A DNA stretch of 64,000 nucleotides from Eledone cirrhosa (lineage: Eukaryota): contig OZ024742.1 of assembly GCA_964016885.1 (NCBI GenBank), forward strand, positions 73,656,001 through 73,720,000, read 5' to 3'. How positions within the stretch are numbered: the first letter of the stretch is position 1; each line of letters starts with the position of its first letter. Below are positions 56,405 to 64,000 of this stretch, in pieces. Position numbers and translations under genes: made by a program. The notes under the pieces are model-generated. The model did no database searches. It saw only the letters and a program-made list of their open reading frames with translations, and was not told where the DNA came from.

Positions 56405-58411
56405 GTGTGTGTAACTTATATAGAAAACCTTATACATGGTAGCTTCCTCCCTTCTCGCTCACCCTTCTTACAAACCAGCCTTTCCTTCTGATTGCTTTCT
56501 ACATCCAGTTGATGTAATTAGCCAAGTGGGGACTTCAAAAATGTCCATCAGATTTAAAATATTTTATACAGAAACGAATTTTTAAAGAAACTTATGTCAA
56601 TCTTAGTTCAGTGTGAACCACTTATATCAGCTTTGTTTTCAAATCTACTTTGGAATATTGCTGAAATCTTATTTCTATTCTGTTGGTGATGGTCGGATGT
56701 TTGCTCTATAATGTTTAAAAAGAAATCAAAGCTGCATTTTTATTGGTGTGAATGTTAGAATATCATCAGTGAAACTGTCCACTCTTCATACTCACACACG
56801 TTTATAGATGTCCATCTAATCATTAAATGATATCACTATTGTTATTGCAGAAATTCTGGCAGATATCTCCAAAATATATCACCTCAAACTTTTTCATATA
56901 CTTTCTCATGGAGACTTCATTCTATCACCTACTACTACTACTACTACTGCTATTACAACTGTTGTTACTGTTGCCTCTTTCTCTCAGTGCTCATGTTATA
57001 TTTTCGTCTCCTCCCAACTTCATCATCATCATCATCTCTGTTTTCACCATAAATTATTTATTTTTTAATCTCTCCTCCCTCTTCTCTTTCTCTGACATTT
57101 TTATTGTGACTCTTCCATGTAATAGTTGGTATTTTTCAGAATCTGTTCATATTACTGCTTTATACACACACACATATATTTATGTATACATGTATACGTA
57201 TATATATACATATGTGTATGTATGTATATAAAGTGTGTGTATGTTGTGTGAATGTATATATTTCTGTCAAAATGTATCAAGTGAAGTCTGCAAAACGACA
57301 TTGCTCTTTGATGCCTTAGTATCCGTCTTCCATTTTAGCTTCAGTGTTTCATCACCTCACAGTCTGGGGCACATGCACTTAGATTATTGTTGCAGTCTGA
57401 TACTGCACACAGATTTTATGTTGCACATGGAATAAGTGCACCAGTTTCACACATAATAATTGTATTGACTCAAATAATTTTGTTGCTTCTATCTTTCAGC
57501 GTGGTCAGCATTGACTGGGAGAAGATGAGTGAAACCGAAGTTAAAAGGTTGTGAAAAGATTTCTACAACGGATCTTTTGTTTGCAATGACAGATGAATGT
57601 AACTTTCTTTGTCTGACCTGCACACTTGCTGTGAGAGCACAGCTTCTGAACAAACCTGGCAACTGCTGTCAAAAGGCTCCTGTCACCAATGCTGTGTAAA
57701 ACATTCAATTTTAACTGCTAATGGGGTTTATTTTCTAAAAAAAATATAAATAAATAAAAATTATAAAAAGATGAAAAAAAGAAAACTTAAAAAATGATAA
57801 AGAAAAAATGCCAAAAAAAAAACTGAATTTCTTTTATTCCAGTTGGCCATACATATTATTACCTTTTGGTATAGACTTGGTATGGTTTTCAGTGTCAAAT
57901 GGACACAAATGGAAGACCCTTCTCAACACCATCATCAACTTCATTATTAAAGCATGGTTGCATGCTGGTTAAGGATTTTTTTGTCTTTTCATGAAAAAAA
58001 AAAAATGGGGAAAAACTATTTTAAAAGAAAGATGAATAAATAAAGCAAACTGTCCATAAAGCAATGTACTATGACATAATTTTGTGGAAACTTCTCCAAA
58101 CAACGACCGACCTGACAACCTTGCGATACCATATATGATTTTAAACACCAAAGCATTCATGGCTGGCAAAAGACATTATTCAATGCTGTAGTCGACACTA
58201 TCGAAAAGGTTGTTGCTATTTCCCCAGCACACTTTCATTGTTTTTTTTTTTCCTCCAGAACAATACCATGGACTTCAACCATTGCAGCCCTACCCTATCC
58301 CCAACACCACATCTTATGGAATAACAAAACACAAATAAACAGGAATAAAAAAAAAATTTAAAAAAAATCCCAACAAAAATAATATCCTGTATTAAAGCTG
58401 AGTCACACAAG

Positions 58412-58895
58412 ACTGCAGTTATGACTGGTTCTGTAAGACATCATAAGCTGGCGGTTATGACTGGTTCTTCATGATATAGTGTGGTGGTTTGTTAAGACTG
58501 GTTTTACATGAAAATATGGTTATATTAAAATATTGGTTCTGTATGATATAAATATGTAGTTAAGACATTAGTTGTGTATACCATAAGTAGTGGTTAATAG
58601 TAATAAATTGGTTATGGATGATAATATAAGATGCTCTTTAAGACAGTTCTGTACAATAAGAATAATTGGGATTGTGTTAAGACATTAATTTTGTGGAATA
58701 TCATAATTAGTAGTTTTCATCACCTATGTGATTTTATAAGATAGTTGTCAGGACGTTAATTCTGTATATCATACGATAATGATTAGGTTAAAATATTGAT
58801 TCATTATTATATCATGATGGCTTGTTACAATAGTTCTATATGTCATAAGATTATGGTGGTTATGTTAAAATAACAGTTCTGTATGACAATTGATT
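58412..58895. repeat. Highly diverged ~36-40-bp tandem repeat (gttaagac..tggttctgtatgacatcataag)
   Basis: Recurring gttaagac/gttatgac and gttctgta motifs. Confidence 0.7.
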
Positions 58896-58972
58896 TAACA
58901 CTGACAATAAGATCATCTCTGTCAAATTGTTGGGGACATTTGAGTTTCTACTCAATCTTCTCCTTCACCCCA

Positions 58973-59007
<35 letters not shown>

Positions 59008-60297
59008 GTGCCTGTATATACATATTTAAGTTTGTATTCTTTTAGATATAGGGATATATGTGTGTGTATAACAGGCATGCATTGTGTATATAAGTATAAT
59101 ATGGACATATGTATATATCTACATATGTGTGTATGTAAGTTAGTAATATTTATCAATTCTTTTTCTCCTCAGGACTTTCATCAATCACTCTCCATTTCTG
59201 TTCTTCTACTACTAACTTCACCCCCCTTACCCTTTAATTAGCCATCTTCTACAGTCTCATGGTTCTCTCTGTTACTCGTGTCCATCTTGTTGAATCTCTT
59301 ACCGTCTTCATGTTCATCTATCATTGTTGATACTTATTATTATTATTATTATTATTGTAAGAGATAGCGATAACCATGACAATAGAACATTAAATGTTTT
59401 ACAATATCTTAGTTCATTCTGTTTTGGGTTCTAAGTTTTAATCCTGACAGGGTCACTTATCGCTTTTGGCTTATTAAATAAGTACCAGTAATACGATGAG
59501 GGCAATTCTAATGACTATATCCTTTTTGGTATGGTGCCCAATTAATGTTATTATTATTATCTATGATCTTATATAAACATGTGAGAAAGAAAAATATACA
59601 TCTAGAAAAACATCCACCACAGGTTCTGTCATAACCGACAGCTGATCTTTGCTCCTATTTCCACTACATCCTCCTACATATCATACCATCATGGAAGTTT
59701 CATATCCATCCTCATCCTCCTCCCCCTTGCTGGGTGATAACTGATTTGAAGAATGGTGGCTTAACTGTAAAAAAAAAACTAGTCTCCCTACAAGATTCAC
59801 CTGCTTCTTCAAGTGTTTTCACGTCATTTTTTTTGTTGCGTTCATATTGTTTCCTTTTAACAATTCTGTGAATACTTTCATCATTGAGAAACCTTGTAAA
59901 AAAAAAAATTATATTTCCTTCTAATACATCGCGCACACACATACATGTACACACTTAATACATCGCGTGCACACATACACACACATGGCATTCACACATA
60001 CTTCCAAACAAAAACCACACACAAACCTTGTTCATCTGCTCTATTTTTAATTCCATGTCGTTCTTCATCTGCAACTTACTGGCAATAAATGTCAGTTCCT
60101 CCTCTGACTTTAGTTCGTCTTTCGTTTCCCCACACTAACATCAAGGTATCTGTCTGTCTGTCTGTCTGTCTGTCTGTATTCTCACACAAGTCGAGGGGGA
60201 GAATGTAGCTTTACTGGAGTCACATAGCAGTATTGTTCAGTGTTGTAACACCGAGTGATGCAATATACATATATATATGTGTGTGTATATATATATA

Positions 60298-60364
60298 TGT
60301 ATTTAAGTGGTTCTGGTTGATTAATATATATATATATATTAATCAACCAGAACCACTTAAATAC

Positions 60365-60365
<1 letters not shown>
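60298..60365. repeat. Perfect palindrome with (TA)n centre
   Basis: tgtatttaagtggttctggttgattaa-(ta)n-ttaatcaaccagaaccacttaaataca. Confidence 0.97.
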
Positions 60366-60397
<32 letters not shown>

Positions 60398-60547
60398 TAC
60401 AGTTTGTATGTATACATGTTTTGTATAAGTAATATATATATATGTATATATATACACACATACATACAGTTTGTATGTATACATGTTTTGTATAAGTAAT
60501 ATATATAATTATATGCACACACACACATGTATACATATATATTCACG

Positions 60548-60583
<36 letters not shown>

Positions 60584-60865
60584 TATATATGTGTATATAT
60601 CTATCTATCTGTATATATATAGATGCGTGTGTGTGTGTGAGACAGTATGTGTTTGTGTGTATGTATGATTGGTACCTCCCCGGTCCAACCATAACCATGA
60701 CTTAATAAGAAAACAGACCAAAATTACCTCAATCACATCAACATTTTCAACTTCACCCCTTAACAGTCACTAGTTTCAGTTATTTCCCCTTGTTTTGTGC
60801 TCTCCTATATTTCTTGTTTCTTATTTATTGTACAGTTTCTCATGTAAAGAAAATGATTTCTAACT

Positions 60866-60963
60866 ATATCTATGTGTATAATATATAGTGTATATGTGTG
60901 TATTTATATATATATGCATACATATACGTGTGTGTATGTATGTTTGTGTGTGTATATATATTA

Positions 60964-61018
<55 letters not shown>

Positions 61019-61111
61019 ATGTATATATATATGTGTATATATATATGTATGTATATATATATGTATGTATATATATATGTATGTATATATATATGTATGT
61101 ATATATACATA

Positions 61112-61158
<47 letters not shown>

Positions 61159-61170
61159 ACGCACACATAT
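60866..61170. repeat. Compound (TA)/(TG) microsatellite
   Basis: Direct observation. Confidence 0.9.
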
Positions 61171-62708
61171 ACTAGTGTATATTTCTATACTTCTACATCT
61201 CTACAGCACATCATTCAACAATGAGAGATTGAACCTCCCTCCCCCACCTAGCAGTGAGTGGCTTTAATGATTTCTTGTAGTGATGATTGGAAATATGTCT
61301 AGTCGTCGTCGTAGTAGTAGTAACAATACTTATATCTCCCTCGTCTCTCCCAACTTTACTTATTCAGACCCTTCTACATGTTTGCAACACCAGGCTTTCT
61401 CTACTGTAAGTATTTCCTGCTGCCCAAATACTTGCTGATGTACTCCACTAACTGTACATTTTAGGAGGTCTTTCACAGTCCCCCTTGAGTAGAAGTTGCG
61501 GCTTGATGTGACTCTTAAGCCGCACTCAAGTGGAGCTTCCGTGAAAGAGGGAGGACAGCTGGAGTATTTTCTATGAAAATGTAACAAGGGGAATAACTCT
61601 GACATTGACAAACATGTCCATTTAGTTTAAGATACCATCTCTCTTCTATCTCGCCCCTCCCCCTTCCTGGGGTGTCCCTTAGCTGTGCTAGTAGTATTGG
61701 AACTGTCTGCCTGGATGTTATAGGGGTCAAGTCAATGTAAAACAGAACCGGCTTCATTAGGTGGCCCTCATTAATCCAATCACCCACTTTAAAAAAAAAA
61801 AGAAAAAATAAGGACATTAAACACTTCTATTTTTTTACTCATAAGTTAACTGGCCAAGCTTTGCTCATTTCTATGGCTCTTTCTCTTCACTTCAGACCAT
61901 CCACTTGAGTTCATTCACTGCAACATAGACTGGACAAAGTAAACTCCAGGTATATTTTGGTCATTTCACATTAACAATAATTGACCAACTATAACTGCAT
62001 TCATCCGGCGAAACTCTTCAATTCAAAATGTCTGGGCCGAGCTGATTAGTAATAAATAAGTTAAAACTTTTCTCCCTATCTGGATTGAATTTGGGTGAAT
62101 CCTGGCAAATAGATGCAAGTCACTCTTGAAATTGTACACTAAAACATCAATAAACACAATTTGGAAATGTATTCAATGTCTCTTTTCTAATTCTGTTAAT
62201 TATGTTTGAAGCTAGCCATTTTTGTTTTTTTGCTTTTGTCATATACATTTTATTCACAGTTGTATAAATAACATTACAAATTGTTTTGTATTACATTTTT
62301 GATGGTTTTTAAACTGCTGTAGTTATTGTTGCTGTTGGTGTAATAAATGGGAATGAGAGGTTATAAGGTAAGCTTGCCTCATATTAGGTACTTCTATTTA
62401 TCTCTGGATTCCATGATGAAATCCGTCTTCCTCTCATGATCTTGCGATGGAAACAAATTAATTTCAATATATAATGTATCTTATAATTTTCTGACATTTG
62501 CAAATATGGCTGTTCCCATAACATAAAATGTTGTTTCAATACATGTTTCCAAGAATTTTCAGTCTTATCAAAAGATTTCTGTGTCCATGTATGTGTGTAT
62601 GTACATGTATGTTTGCATATGTTTGTAAGTAGTTAAGTATGTATGTTTGATATATGTATCTATGTATGTATGCATATGTGTGTGAGTATAAGTAGATAAG
62701 TATGTGTG

Positions 62709-63030
62709 AAGGTGCGTAGCTTCGTAGTTAGGGTATTCAGCTCACAATTGTAAGGTCATGAGTTCGATTCCTGGCAGCGCTCTGTATCCTTGAGCAAGAC
62801 ACTTTATTTCACATTGCTCCAGTCCACTCAGCTGGCAAAAATAAGTTGCACCTGTAATTAGAAGGAGCAGCCTTGTCACATTCTGTGTCATGCTGAATTT
62901 CTCTGGGAATTACGTTAAAGGCACGCCTGTTTGTAGAATGCTCAGCCACTTGCACGTTAATTTCACAAGCAGGCTGTTCTGTTAATCATATCAACAGGAA
63001 TACTCATCGTCGTAATCAACGGAGTGCTAG
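62709..63030 (+). mobile_element. Full-length tRNA/CORE-like SINE (second tail type)
   Basis: A/B boxes (tagcttcgtagttaggg; gagttcgattcc), ccttgagcaagacactttatttcacattgctccag; tail ctcagccacttgcacgttaatttcacaagcaggctgtt shared in antisense with 16975-17240. Confidence 0.85.
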
Positions 63031-63144
63031 TTCAACTGCAATATATGTATGTATTTAAGCAGAGAATTGTGTGTGGGAATTTTATTTTTGGTTCCATTTT
63101 ATACCAGGTTCAACATCCATACTGAGGCTCTCATATTAGTTTAA

Positions 63145-63463
63145 ATGTGGTACTGTAGTGTTCTATATTGTATTGCAGTGTGGTACTGTACTGTGCTGTA
63201 TTGTAGTGTGGTACTGTACTGTATTGTAGTGTTTGGACTGCTGTATTGTAGTGTGGTACTGTACTGTATTGTATTATACTGTTCTGTATTGCACTGTATT
63301 GTATTATACTATACTCTATTATATTATATTGGATTGTACTATACTGTACTGTACTTTATTGTATTGTATTGTACTTTACTGTTCTGTATTGTGCTGTACT
63401 ATACTGGCTGTAGAGTACTCTACTGTATTGTAGTATACTATACTGTACTGTACTATATAGCAC
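63145..63463. repeat. Degenerate pentanucleotide satellite (TGTAC/TGTAT/TATAC)n
   Basis: Visible 5-bp periodicity. Confidence 0.9.
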
Positions 63464-64000
63464 TGTGTCCTTTGCTGAACCCGGATTGATGAACATTTAT
63501 TTTCACATCAGAACACGCACGTATTCAATTGAAGAAAGTTGGTTGATTGAAAATCTGCCGACTTTTTCTTAACGGAGTAAAGCACTCCATGGTTTTAGTT
63601 CATCCGGAGTTTTATAATAACAAACAAGAAAGGCGGTTCCATTTGACCATCCCTATTTATTTTGTTATGCGTATTTCAAAGACGTAAGGCAGTTGTATAA
63701 CAACTCCCCTACGTGTTCGCTTCAGAAAAAATCCAAACGAGATGTAAAGTTCCATTGTTATGTTACCAATCATACATGTTATTCCCTTCACCGACCAGTA
63801 AGCATATGTCCGAAATTTTCAAGTAGAAGTTCTTATGTGTGGGGGATAGATATTCCAGTTGGTGTATCTGCTTGTGAACTGGCTGGGGTATCAAGTTACC
63901 AGATTGGTCGCTTGATTCCCAGCGAGGTATGTATAAATTGTTAGTCCATTTTTATTTTTTTACTATATTTTATTCACTTAGATACTAATTCTAATTTTAG

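Overview
AT-rich, microsatellite-dense eukaryotic genomic DNA. The repeat complement (tRNA-derived CORE-, Nin- and Ceph-type SINEs with RTE tails, TTAA MITEs, very long (TA/TG)n tracts) points to a coleoid cephalopod, most likely Octopus; this is inference. The only clear host gene is the 3' two-thirds of an Ssdp/SSBP2-3-4 family gene on the + strand. Eleven GT-AG coding exons (8028-31159) splice into one open frame of 256 aa plus stop; the N-terminal LUFS/LisH exons lie upstream of the window. One intron holds a decayed, nearly full-length RTE-clade LINE (about 13130-16165) with an embedded PHD finger. The most notable unexplained signals are: a 10-nt candidate poison microexon; a chain of candidate alternative 3' exons at 41.5, 48.7 and 57.5 kb; a 3.4-kb strand-biased UGUAUAUA-rich tract just after the stop codon; two (TA)n-centred fold-back inverted duplications; and a 126-nt nested hairpin at 61.4 kb. 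The long Y/I/M/C/V/H/T ORFs in the ORF track are microsatellite artefacts.
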